Part shown: positions 13,901 through 25,900 of the stretch, piece after piece
How the letters are laid out: the number at the start of each line of letters is the position of its first letter
How positions within the stretch are numbered: position 1 is the first letter of the stretch
Source of the DNA: Antechinus flavipes
Lineage: Eukaryota
NCBI RefSeq assembly: GCF_016432865.1
Contig: NC_067398.1
Span: 649,574,001-649,638,000 of the forward strand
Reading direction: 5' to 3'
DNA: 64,000 nucleotides
The notes under the pieces: generated by a model
The model's database searches: none
What the model was told of the DNA's origin: nothing
Seen by the model: only the letters and a program-made list of their open reading frames with translations
Position numbers and translations under genes: made by a program

Positions 13901-16900
13901 TTCTAGCTTGGACTTGGGGGATTTTTGAGAGCTCAAGAATTTAGCTGGTGACCCTATACAGAAATAAAACTGGGGGCAGGGAGAAATCTAAGCCTGGTGG
14001 AAGATGGGAGAAAGAAATCTGATTCCCGGGACAGGAACAAGGGAAACTGAGCCTGGGGAAAGAAGAAATAGGATTTAATTTGAGGGGGCAGGGGAGAGAA
14101 ACCTGAACCCATTTGGAATTGAAGAGGGGAGAGAAATGTGAGCCTGCGGTGGGGGAGGGAAATCTTAGGGTAAAACATGAGTCTAGAGACAGAAAAAATC
14201 TAAACTTGGAAGGAGTTGGGGGAAGAATCTAAGGGGGTGGAGGGGCTGAAAGTAGGAGTATGTATATGGGTGGAATAAATCTGAGGAAAGAAATGTGAAC
14301 TTGGGTATGTTACAGACCCACCTGTAATATTCTGTCAGTCTCAGTATTATCACCTCGTACAGCTCCTTATTTATACTATTTTCCATGTGGAAAAACAGAG
14401 GGCTCAGAACTGTGTCCTTCCGTCCTAAGCAAGCTGACCAGCACCTGCCATCAGGGCTCCCCAGAATGGGACTGCTTTGTGCCACAAGCCCCAGCATCCA
14501 GCCATCTCCTGTGGGTGGGTTCCATGCCCAAATCTCTCCCTTTACCTTTGGGCACCCCTCCCAGACCCCACACTGCAATCTTGCCCAATCCCATGGCATT
14601 CTCACAAAATGGCAGTTACGGCTTAGATTCATTTGTTCTCACCTTTTTCAGCCCAAGGAATCCCCCAGAATTAAAAAGGGAATTTAGCTTCTTGGGGGAA
14701 AACGTGAGTGATAATTTGAGCTGGAAAGAACACTCAGGCTGAGACTGGAGCGCCCACATATGAGCCTGAGAAGAGCGTGGGTAGGAACCATGGGCCCAAG
14801 GACTATCTCTGACCTGCAGGAAGGGGTGCTCACCACACTATCCAGCCGAGAGCCGTAGATGACCTGTAGGTAGTTGTGGAAGGCCTTCAGACGAAGCTGG
14901 GGAGTGATGAGGATTTGGGCCAAGGGCTCCACCTGTCCCAGGGCCAGGTCCTGAAGCTCCTGATCCCTGAGGGCCAATTTGGCACAGGCCTAACAGAATT
15001 AAAAGAAATCTCTCAACCTGCTCTCCAAGCAGCAGCTCTAAGACAGCCCTTACCTGTTGGAATCCTAGTGTTAACTCAACTTGAAACAAAGTGATAACTC
15101 AAGGGAGATGTTAGAATCCTAATGTTAACTCAATGTAATTGATATAATGCTTGTGTTCACACCTTTACTCATTGGAGTTCACACGTTTGGGAGATTTCAG
15201 GGTTTCGTATGAGATGTCCAAATTCACACCTTCCTTGAAGCTCTTAGGGCCAAAGAGCACGCTGGGAAATATCCCACAATCCCATTCTCTCAGAAGAATC
15301 ATATATAAACCCAGTCGAGAGAGTTCAGCTGAATTATATTGGGAGAGGAGCATGCTGGGACAGACCCAGAGCACTCTGGGAGATTGAGAGCCAGAAGCCC
15401 TCTCTCAGAGGCAAGAAAGATTCAACTTGTTGCTGGCTCTGGAGGCTGAAGAAAGCAGAGGCAGAAGCAAAGGACAAAGCTGCAAGAACTCTTAGAACCA
15501 AGTAGAGAGATGGGCCTCAACTAACGGGGCTATTTTGGAAGGAGAAAATAAACGTTTGCATTTTTATCAGCTGGCTGCATTTTGGGTGATTATTATTTTC
15601 AACTGAAACTAAGGCTGCCTCCAGAAAACCTCCCCGAGAAACCTGCTCTCTCCCAGAATCATATTATATATTTTAAAGAAGAAAAAGAACACCATATTTT
15701 GGCACCCTGAACGTGGGACTGATTCAGATCCTGAATCCAGTGGAAAAGCCTGTGATCCTGATTCAGTGAAAAAGACTCTTCAACCCAGAAATTAGGGTGA
15801 GTACAACAAAGAAATTTTGTTAAAAGAGTTAAAGTAGAATTTCAGCTAAGATGGTACAGATGTTTAGAAAATAGCCTGTTTCTGTACAAGGAAAATGTTT
15901 TAAAAGCATTGTCAAAATTATGGAAAGCCAAGGTTTGATTATAATTTTGCAGCAGATCACTGAACTTTTACAAATTGTAAAGCACATATGTCCTTGTTTC
16001 TCTATGGAAAAGGAATTGGATTTCAGATGATGAAATTGAAACTATTACCACTCATATGAAAGAGCGTTCCAAATCACTATTGATCAGAGAAATGCAAATT
16101 AAGACAACTCTGAGATACCACTACACACCTGTCAGACTGGCTAAGATGACAGGAAAAAATAATGATGAATATTGGAGGGGATGCGGGAAAACTGGGACAC
16201 TGATGCATTGTTGGTGGAACTGTGAATGAATCCAACCATTCTGGAGAGCAATCTGGAATTATGCCCAAAAAATTATCAAATTGTGCATACCCTTTGATCC
16301 AGCAGTGTTACTTCTGGGCTTATATCCCAAAGAAATACTAAAGAAGGGAAAGGGACCTGTATGTGCTAAAATGTAGTGGCTAGAAACTGGAAATTGAATG
16401 GATGCCCATCAATTGGAGAATGGCTGGGTAAATTGTGGTTTATGAATGTTATGGAATATTATTGTTCTGTAAGAAATGACCAGCAGGTACCTGATCTAAA
16501 ATTATATTATAAAGCAGAAGTCACCAAAACCATTTGGTATTGGCTAAGAAATAGATTAGTGGATCAGTGGAAAAGGCTAGGTTCACAAGACAGAATAGTC
16601 AACTATAGCAATCTAGTATTTGACAAACCCAAAGCCCCTAACTTCTGGGAAAAGAATTCATTATTTGATAAAAACTGCTGGGATAATTGGAAATTAGTAT
16701 GGCAGAAATTAGGCATGGACCCACAATTAACACCATATACCAAGATAAGATCAAAATGGGTCCATGACCTAGGCATAAAGAACGAGATTATAAATAAATT
16801 AGAGGAACATAGAATAGTTTATCTCTCAGACTTGTGGAGGAGAAAGAAATTTGTGACCAAAGATGAACTAGAGACCATTACTGATCACAAAATAGAAAAT

Positions 16901-19900
16901 TTTGATTACATCAAATTAAAAAGCCTTTGTACAAATAAAACTAATGCAAACAAGATTAGAAGGGAAGCAACAAACTGGGAAAACATCTTCACAATTAAAG
17001 GTTCTGATAAAGGCCTCATTTCCAAAATATATAGAGAACTGACTCAAATTTATAAGAAATCAAGCCATTCTCCAATTGATAAATGGTCAAAGGATATGAA
17101 CAGACAATTTTCAGAGGATGAAATTGAAACTATTACCACTCATATGAAAGAGTGTTCCAAATCATTATTGATCAGAGAAATGCAAATTAAGACAACTCTG
17201 AGATACCACTACACACCTGTCAGATTGGCTAAGATGACAGGAAAAAATAATGATGAATGTTGGAGGGGATGCGGGAAAACGGGGACACTGATGCATTGTT
17301 GGTGGAGTTGTGAACGAATCCAGCCATTCTGGAGAGCAATCTGGAATTATGCCCCAAAAATTATCAAATTGTGCATACCCTTTGATCCAGCAGTGTTTCT
17401 ATTGGGCTTATATCCCAAAGAAATACTAAAGAAGGGAAAGGGACCTGTATGTGCCAAAATGTTTGTAGCAGCCCTGTTTGTAGTGGCTAGAAACTGGAAA
17501 ATGAATGGATGCCCATCAATTGGAGAATGGCTGGGTAAATTGTGGTATATGAATGTTATGGAATATTATTGTTCTGTAAGAAATGACCAGCAGGATGAAT
17601 ACAGAGAGGACTGGCGAGACTTACATGAACTGATGCTAAGTGAAATGAGCAGAACCAGGAGATCATTATACACTTCGACAACGATATTGTATGAGGACAT
17701 ATTTTGATGGAAGTGGATTTCTTTGACAAAGAGACCTGAGTTTCAATTGATAAATGATGGACAAAAGCAGCTACACCCAAAGAAAGAACACTGGGAAACG
17801 AATGTGAACTATCTGCATTTTTGTTTTTCTTCCCGGGTTATTTATACCTTCTGAATCCAATTCTCCCTATGCAACAAGAGAACTGTTCGGTTCTGCAAAC
17901 ATATATTGTATCTAGGATATACTGCAACATATCCAACATATAAAGGACTGCTTGCCATCTAGGAGAGGGGGTGGAGGGAGGGAGGGAAAAAAAATAGGAA
18001 CAGAAACGACTGTCAATATAAAGTAATTATTAAATAAAAATTAAAGAAAAAAAAAAAGAAAAAAAAAAAAAAGAAATGACCAGCAGGATGAATACAGAGA
18101 GGCTTGGAGAGACTTACATGAACTGATGCTAAGTGAAATGAGCAGAATCAGGAGATCACTTTACACTTCGACAACGATATTGTATGAGGATGTATTCTGA
18201 TGGAAGTGGATTTCTTTGACAAAGACTCAGTTTCAATTGATAAATGATGGATAGAAGCAGCTACACCCAAAGAAAGAACACTGGGAAATGAATGTAAACT
18301 ATTTGCATTTTTGTTTTTCTTCCCGGGTTATTTTTACCTTCCGAATCCAATTCTCCCTGTGCAACAAGAGAACTGTTCGGTTCTGCAAACATATATTGTA
18401 TCTAGGATATACTGCAACATATCTAACATATATAGGACTGCTTGCCATCTAGGGGAGGGAGGAGGGGAAAAATCGGAACAGAAATGAGTACAAGGGATAA
18501 TGTTGTAAAAAATTACCCTGGCATGGATTTTGTCAATATAAAGTTATTATAAAATAAAATAAAATATATAATAAAAAAAAGTTAAAAAAAAAAAAAGAAA
18601 AAAAGGAATTTGATTTAAACGAGTGGAAATTGGTAGGAAAAGATTGTTGTCAATTCTATAATAAAAATGGGCCTAACTCAATTTCCAAAGACATACTTAA
18701 TACATATAATTTAATACAACTGGCTTTAGGAAATTTTATAAGTATTAAAATAAGGAAAAAGAAGAAACAGCAGGAAGGAGAAGTGCCAACTGAACTAGGT
18801 GAAAAGAATGGAATTAATTATAATTCTGAGTATGATACTTCACAGCAGGAGGAATTAGATCATTCCACATTTCATGACCCTCCCCTCTCAATTAACCCTT
18901 CATGGGTGGAGGAAGCAGGGGGAGGGAGAGAGTCAGAAACACAATCAGCATCTCCTGTGAAGCAGAATATGACAAGATTAGAAGAAGCATTAATTAAAGC
19001 AAAAAATGAAGGAGAAGATATATCTGATTTTGTAACTGTACATCCTGTGATTTAAAAGCTTGACTCTTCAGGTCAAAAAGAGAGAAAATACACTCCTTTT
19101 AATTTGGAAAAAATTAAGGATTTGAAAAAGGGATGCACTCTTTATGGGGCTACATCATCTTATGTGAAGATGTTACTAGATAATTTGTCTTATGAAATCT
19201 TAACCCCGAATGACTGGAAATCCATAGCTAGAACATGTCTAGAACTGGGACAAAATTTATTATGGCTTTCGGAGTTTCATGAATTATGTAGGATTCAAGC
19301 CCAATGCAACAGGCAAACAGGAGCTATTGGACAAATCACTTTTGACCAACTAGCTGGTGAAGGTCAGTATGCAGAGAGTTCAGAACAGATTTATTATCCC
19401 ATAAGTGTATGAGAAAATTTCTAAGGCTGCAATAAAAGCTTGGAATTCTCTCCCTGGACAGAAAAATGGAAATAAAGCTTTTACAAAAATAGAGCAAGGT
19501 CCCAATGAACCTTTTGCTGATTTTGTGGGATGTTTGCAAATAGCTGTAATAAGAACCATTGGAGATAATGCTGCTACAGAAATAATGCTAGACATTTGGC
19601 TAAGGAAAATGCCAATGAGGTTTGCAAAAGAATTATATGGGGACTAGACAAAAATGCTCCTTTAGAGGAGATCATGAGACGCTGTGCCACAGTGGGCACA
19701 AATGCTTATTATGCCCAAACTATGATGAACATGGAAAGACAAGGTCCTTCTTGGCAAGGGACTTCTAGAGAAACTCGTAGATGTTTTCAGTGTGGAAAAG
19801 TTGGACATTTGCAAGTTTATTGTAGCTATGGAGATAGAATGAGAAGACAGGGTGAGAGAATAAAACCCAAAACCCCATGTCCAAAATGTAGCCAAGGTTT

Positions 19901-22900
19901 TCATTGGGCCTCTGAATGTAGATTGACCCAGAGAAATGAGAGGCAGGGCCTAGCTCCAAGGTATCAATCAAAGGACAGGTAAGGCATGATAGCAGCTGAA
20001 GTTACACCCAGAGAGACTTTAGAAATTCAGAACTCTGATGTCATCAACCAACAGAAAAGCAATCAGGATTACAGTTGGGGAGAATACAGGCCTTTTAACC
20101 CAACAAGGCAGTATCCAGTGCAAACAGTTCCAATGTAATTATCAGATGATGAGAAATCCCAAAAGTGGTAAATAGAAGGGAATTAGATAGGTTAACTGCT
20201 TGGGAGAAAGGGTTTGCTTGTATTTTTACAAACAGAGAAGGATACAGATGGAGAATGAATCAGATGGGTGCCAACAAGTCTTATTCGCCTTGTCCATCAG
20301 AGAGAAACAGAAAAAAAGAAAAACCTCAAAACAAAGGAGAAGATTTAAGAAACATCTGACATTGAAAGAGCATGGCTGACAATGAGACTGTTAAAAGAAC
20401 TTTAAAATCTTCAGCTTTCAGTTCCTGAAAAACTAGCAACAATCATTGGATTCCCTGAGATGAAACAGAAAAAGAGAAAAACTTCAAAACAAAGGAGATT
20501 TAAGAAACATCTGACACTGAAAGAGCATGGCTGACAATGAGACTGTTAAAAGAACTTTTAAAATCTTCAGGAATCATTGGATTTCTTAACACAAGATGAG
20601 ACTGTTTTAGTTCTTGAAAAACCAGCAAAAATCATTGGATTCCTTGAGATGAAAATTTGTTGATGAGACTATTGCAGTACTTCAAAGCTTACAGGAACTA
20701 TTGGATTCCTGGCACATGAACTAATGGACAATGGATTCCTTTTGGACTTATGGACATGTGTAAATTCTCAGGTTGATTCATGTTATTTGTTACATTACTA
20801 CTAGCCTGTGTTATATTGCTATGTGCTTATGTATTTTATGTAATTGCAAGAATCATTGGATTTCTTGAGATGAAAAATTGTTAATGAGACTATTGCAGTA
20901 CTTAAATTTTCATGTTGATTCATGTTGTTACATTACTACTAGCCTGTGTTATATTGCTATGTGCTTATGTAAATTATGTGTAATGCCTCCCATATTGATG
21001 GATTTATGTATACCATTTATATCTGTTTCAAGTTCTGGCCCATACTGATGGATTTATGTGTACCTGTTTCAAGTGAGCCCCTTCAGAAATCCGCTAATCT
21101 GATTTGACTTCCCATTTCCTTTGGTGTTTTCATCACCCTTCCTGAGATGTCAGGGAGGGCGTGACCACCTTCTTTTTATGGTGTTTTTCATTCCTTTTTT
21201 GAGCAGTCAGGGAAGGGGTAATCACCTTTTTGGGGTTCTCACCTCCTTGGGAACTCAGGGAGGTCATGACCACCCTATGTTCTAAAACAAAAGAAAGGGG
21301 GAGATGTTGGAATCCTAGTGTTAACTAGAAACAAGGTGATAACTCAAGGGAGATGTTAGAATCCTAGTGTTAACTAGAAACAAGATGATTACTCAAGGGA
21401 GATATTAGAATCCTAGTGTTAACTAGAAACAAGGTGATTACTCAAGGGAGATATTAGAATCCTAGTGTTAACTAGAAACAAGGTGATTCCTCAAGGGAGA
21501 TATTAGAATCCTAGTGTTAACTAGAAACAAGGTGATTACTCAAGGGAGATATTAGAATCCTAGTGTTAACTCAATGTAATTGATATAATGCTTGTGTTCA
21601 CACCTTTACTCATTGGAGTTCACACGTTTGGGAGATTTCAGGGTTTCGTATGAGATGTCCAAATTCACACCTTCCCTGAAGCTCTTAGGGCCAAAGAGCA
21701 CGCTGGGAAATATCCCACAATCCCATTCTCTCAGAAGAATCATATATAAACCCAGTCGAGAGAGTTCAGCTGAATTATATTGGGAGAGGAGCACGCTGGG
21801 ACAGACCCAGAGCACTCTGGGAGATTGAGAGCCAGAAGCCCTCTCTCAGAGGCAAGAAAGATTCAACTTGGTGCTGGCTCTGGAGGCTGAAGAAAGCAGA
21901 GGCAGAAGCAAAGGACAAAGCTGCAAGAACTCTTAGAACCAAGTAGAGAGATGGGCCTCAACTAACGGGGCTATTTTGGAAGGAGAAAATAAATGTTTGC
22001 ATTTTTATCAGCTGGCTGCATTTTGGGTGATTATTACTTCCAACTAAGGCTGCCTCCAGAAAACCTCCCCAAGAAACCTGCTCTCTCCCAGAGAGAGGTT
22101 TATATATTTTAAAGAAGAAAAATAACACCACACTCACCCAGTACTGCCCAATGGCATGTCCAGGGGAAGCAAAGGGACAAGGATGCATGCTGACATAGAG
22201 GCAAAGAGGGACAAAACCAGGGAGATTCATTCTTGAGTCACAGAACTAGAAATGGAGACAGACTCATATATGGTGACAGCCAAAAATGGGGAGAAATGCA
22301 AGGACAAAGAAAGGGAAAAAACAAACCTTTCCAGGGAATAGACATGGATTGGGAGGCTGCTAGGTAGGGAGTTAGGTTGGGGAGGTGAAGCCCCACTCCC
22401 ATCCCCTTCTTCTGTTCCTCCTCTCCCTTACACACCTCCTTGATCTCCAGTTCTTTCTTCTCTGCATCGATATACTCCTGCTTTACACTGTGCTTCATCC
22501 TGCACATGACAAATGGAACAAGAATAAGACACGGGACCCAGCCCTTGGTGGGACACCCATGGACTGCTAAGCACAATCACATGGAGAGGAAGGGAGGGAG
22601 GGAAGAGCAAGAAGGGTTGGGACCCTTGGGAGAGGGAGAGATCAGAGCAGCCTCTGGGGAGAAGGGAGGAATCCCATCCCCTCCACCCATACAAGAATCT
22701 GAAAGAACTGGGGATGTTAAAGAGAAGGCTTGGGGATGTTAAAGAGAAGGCTTAGGGATGACAGAACTGTTTTCTTCAGGGATCTCAAGAGTTGCCAGGG
22801 GACTAAATGAATAAACAATAGCATACAAAGCATTGTACACGTCTAACCTCGCTTGAAGAAATACCAGGTTTAGACTTGGACCACAGAAGGCAGAACTAGA

Positions 22901-25900
22901 AGGTGGAGAGGGGCAAGGAAAACCATCCCAATAATCAGAGCCTATAAAAAGGAGCTGGCTGTGGATTTCCTAAAACTAGCTCACTTGTTAGTGATATTAC
23001 AAGAAAAGTCTGGTGTCATCAGACACCAGAAGTTTTCTTTTGTCACAGGGCCTGTGACGACAGGTCTGCAGAGAGCTGCACTGAGAGAATGGGGTGAGAG
23101 TGGTCTGGAAGTTGAGAGAATGAGGATGAAGAAATTGATGGGACAAGTAGATGAATTGGAGGGTCTGGGGGTTTGGGTGTGGGGGTATTAGGATCCAGAA
23201 ATCCATGGCAGCTAGGGAATCTAAAGCTACAAGTATGACAAGTGAGAGGTCTGCAGGGATTGATGGTATGACAAGACTGTGGGGTCCTTGGATAGCTGTG
23301 GTCCCTGAGTCTGGGGGGGAGGGGTCTGTGGAGCTGGCAAAGCCAGTGAACTGGTGTTAGGGTCTGAGGATTGCTCCTGTTATGGGGTCTGTCAAAGTCA
23401 AAGGTTAGGGGGGGCAGAGAAGAGAAGGCTGTGTATTGAGAGAGGAGGGGAAGGGGCTTGCTCTGACCGGGCTCTAGGGAGAGCCTGCCATCCTTTCAGC
23501 CTTTTCAGCTCTTCGGGAGTCAGTAGCTCCAGATCTGACATCAACAAGGGTTGGTCATCTTTAGGGTGAGGCAGTTTCCGACACAGCACCTGCAGGTTTT
23601 GGAGGAGAGAACAGTCCTCGTACTAGAACTGGGAGCCTGCCAAACAAGCCCCCTCCAACAGGTCTCTGTGGCTCCCTTTTTTTGGGGGGGGAGGGAGAAA
23701 TACATGGGTTACCAGGAGTCTGAGCCAGAGCACAATTTGTCCAGAATCACCCAGGTAGAGCCAGGTTTTCCAAGCTACAGTCTCTGAATCCCGATCCAGT
23801 GCTGGGAGGTACCTTGACCAGATATATTGTGGGCAGGTAGAGTTTGTGGGAGAGAAAGCACAGCTGTGAGCCAATGGCAAGGATCAGATCCCCCTTGTCA
23901 TTGCAGAAGGTGATGGCCTGTGGAGGCATGTTCAGATGCATTATCCTGGAGAAGAAGGGCAAGGAGGGGAGTGCACAGTTTCATTTTCTCTCCCCCAGAC
24001 CACCCCTCTAAGCCCCTTGTTCTGCAGGTAGGGAATGGGAGGCCCAAGGACAGTTTGCTGGCTCCACAAGTCCCCTGGGCTCCAGCTACACATACTCTAC
24101 ACCAACCACATACCTGAGCAATTTATTGTCCTCCGTCCAGATTCTCAAAGTGCAATCCAGGCTTGAGGAGGCATAAAGCTTCAAGTAAGGACAACAGCAC
24201 AAGCCTGGAGTTGGGGAAGAGACAAGAAAGGGAGCCTAGAACCAGGATGGCATTCTCCCTCTGGTGAAGGGAAGCTCACTAGGAGACCCGGGAGAGCCAG
24301 TCTGATCTAAAACTCTGCAGGGACGGGGGCACGCTGACCTGTGATGTGATCTGTGGGGTCCTCATGGGGGCCATGGTCGTGGCGAGCCTCTTCGCATCCA
24401 GCCGTTCCGTACTGCACCAGGGAGTAAGTGGCACTGCAGGGGTCCTCAAAGGCCACAGTGACCCGACAGCCCAGGGGGCAAACTGCCACCGTCGACTGGT
24501 AGCAGAAAAACGTCCGAAGCAAGGTCAGGCTGTCTTCCGCATAGGGAAATACCTGCCACATCTTCACAGTCTTATCCGTGCCTACCGCCAGAAAGAAGGA
24601 AAGCAGCCATGAGGGAGCTTCCCCGAGGGACAGGGCTCCGGGAGGAAAGGGGGGACAGGGTTTGGCAGGTTTTGTTACAGGTCAAGAAGTTTCTCAGAGC
24701 ATCAGGGCAGGGCCTTGAAGGCTTTTGGAGCCTGGGGTATGGGGGTAGCCATTTTTATTTGGGACTATGTTAAGAAAGTGAGGCTGATCCAAAGGTCTCA
24801 CCACTAAACACAAACTCCAAGGAGATCAAAAACAGAGAGGTCTTATGCAGGAAACAAATGTGTATAGGACTTTCTTTTCTCAAAAAAGGGACAGGGAGTA
24901 GATGCCCATCGATTGCAAAATGGCTCAGCCAACTATGGAACATGAAGGTAATGGAATGTTACTGCATTTTTAGAAGGCAGAGCATGGGAAGACTTGTAAG
25001 ATCGATGCAAAGTGAAGTAAACAGAACCAGGAAAATATACACAATGCCAAAATGGGTGGGGGGAGGAAATAACAATGGAAACAACAGAAAGTGAATTCCA
25101 TCAAATTATAATGATCAAGCTTGTCCCCAAAGGAGAAATCTGACAATCAACCTCCCATTTTTCTCTAGAAAAGTGAGAACCTCTGGTGGAGAGCATATTA
25201 TGTCAGACTTGCTTGATGTATGTTGGTTAATTTTGCTGAACTTTTAAAATTCTCTTTTTCAATTCTTTGAAGGAATGGTTTTCTGGGATGGGGAGGAGAA
25301 AGGCATTAGATAATCAGATTGACACTGTGACTAAAAAAGAAATCAATAAATTTAAATTAAAAAAAAAAAAAGAAAAAGAAATGGTTGTTTCAGAGAGATG
25401 TGGGAGGATGAAGCAGGAAGGGGAAAGGCAGGGGAGAGAACTTGGGTGCAAAAGGACCAGTGGATGAGGAAGTGAGAAATGTATGATGGAGGGTGAGGTC
25501 AGGGAGGGGGGGAAGGAGGATTCAATAGGAGGAGGCCATGGGGTGGAAGGGGTGAAAGCTTGTTTGGAGAGGGAGGGGAAGGCTGGACAGGGAAAGGACA
25601 GAGCAGAGGATGGGAAGCCTGGACGGGAAAAGAGGGTGAGGGCTCGCTGACCGGCGGTCACCAGACTCTGCGGACACGAAGCAATGTTAGTCGTGGAACC
25701 TGGGCTGTGAGCCATTTTGTGAGACAGCGTCCGGAAAGAGCCCCAATCCAGGACCGCGATGGAGCCGTCAGAGTAGCCTATCACCGGCAAGAACCTGCGG
25801 TGCGGAGGAGGGACGTCACCACCTCTCCCGCTCCGGGGCTTCTCCCGGCCCCGCCCCCCCGTTCCGAAGCCCTGGGGCTCCCGGAGCAGCGCCGCCGACC

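Larger units (their letters stand above)
15851..19982 (+). pseudogene. gag: Disrupted retroviral gag (MA-CA-NC), split by L1 insertions and carrying stops and frameshifts
   Basis: Removing 16024-18616 restores an MA-like frame: ...HICPCFSMEKELDL|NEWKLVGKD. The CA major homology region reads FTKIEQGPNEPFADFVGCL. There are two CCHC knuckles, CFQCGKVGHLQVYC and CPKCSQGFHWASEC. Confidence 0.9.
15055..22132 (+). mobile_element. Class II (betaretrovirus-like) endogenous retrovirus, gag-only provirus with two LTRs, antisense within WDR97 intron 11
   Basis: 5' LTR 15055-15696 and 3' LTR 21305-22132 start TGTTGG and end ...AACACCA(T/C)A. They differ at roughly a dozen positions outside the repeat array. 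The 6-bp TSD is CTTACC (15049-54) / CTCACC (22133-38). A tRNA-Lys-like PBS TGGCACCCTGAACGTGGGAC starts at 15700, and a PPT AAAGAAAGGGGGAGA ends at 21304. Each LTR has TATATAAA and AATAAA. Confidence 0.93.

Noticed and set aside
15151-15387. Near-identical 78-aa and 69-aa ORFs repeated at 21592-21828
   Set aside because: These are simply the two LTR copies, not duplicated genes.
22711-22760. 22-bp tandem duplication GGGATGTTAAAGAGAAGGCTT(G/A)
   Set aside because: An ordinary two-copy slippage repeat in an intron.
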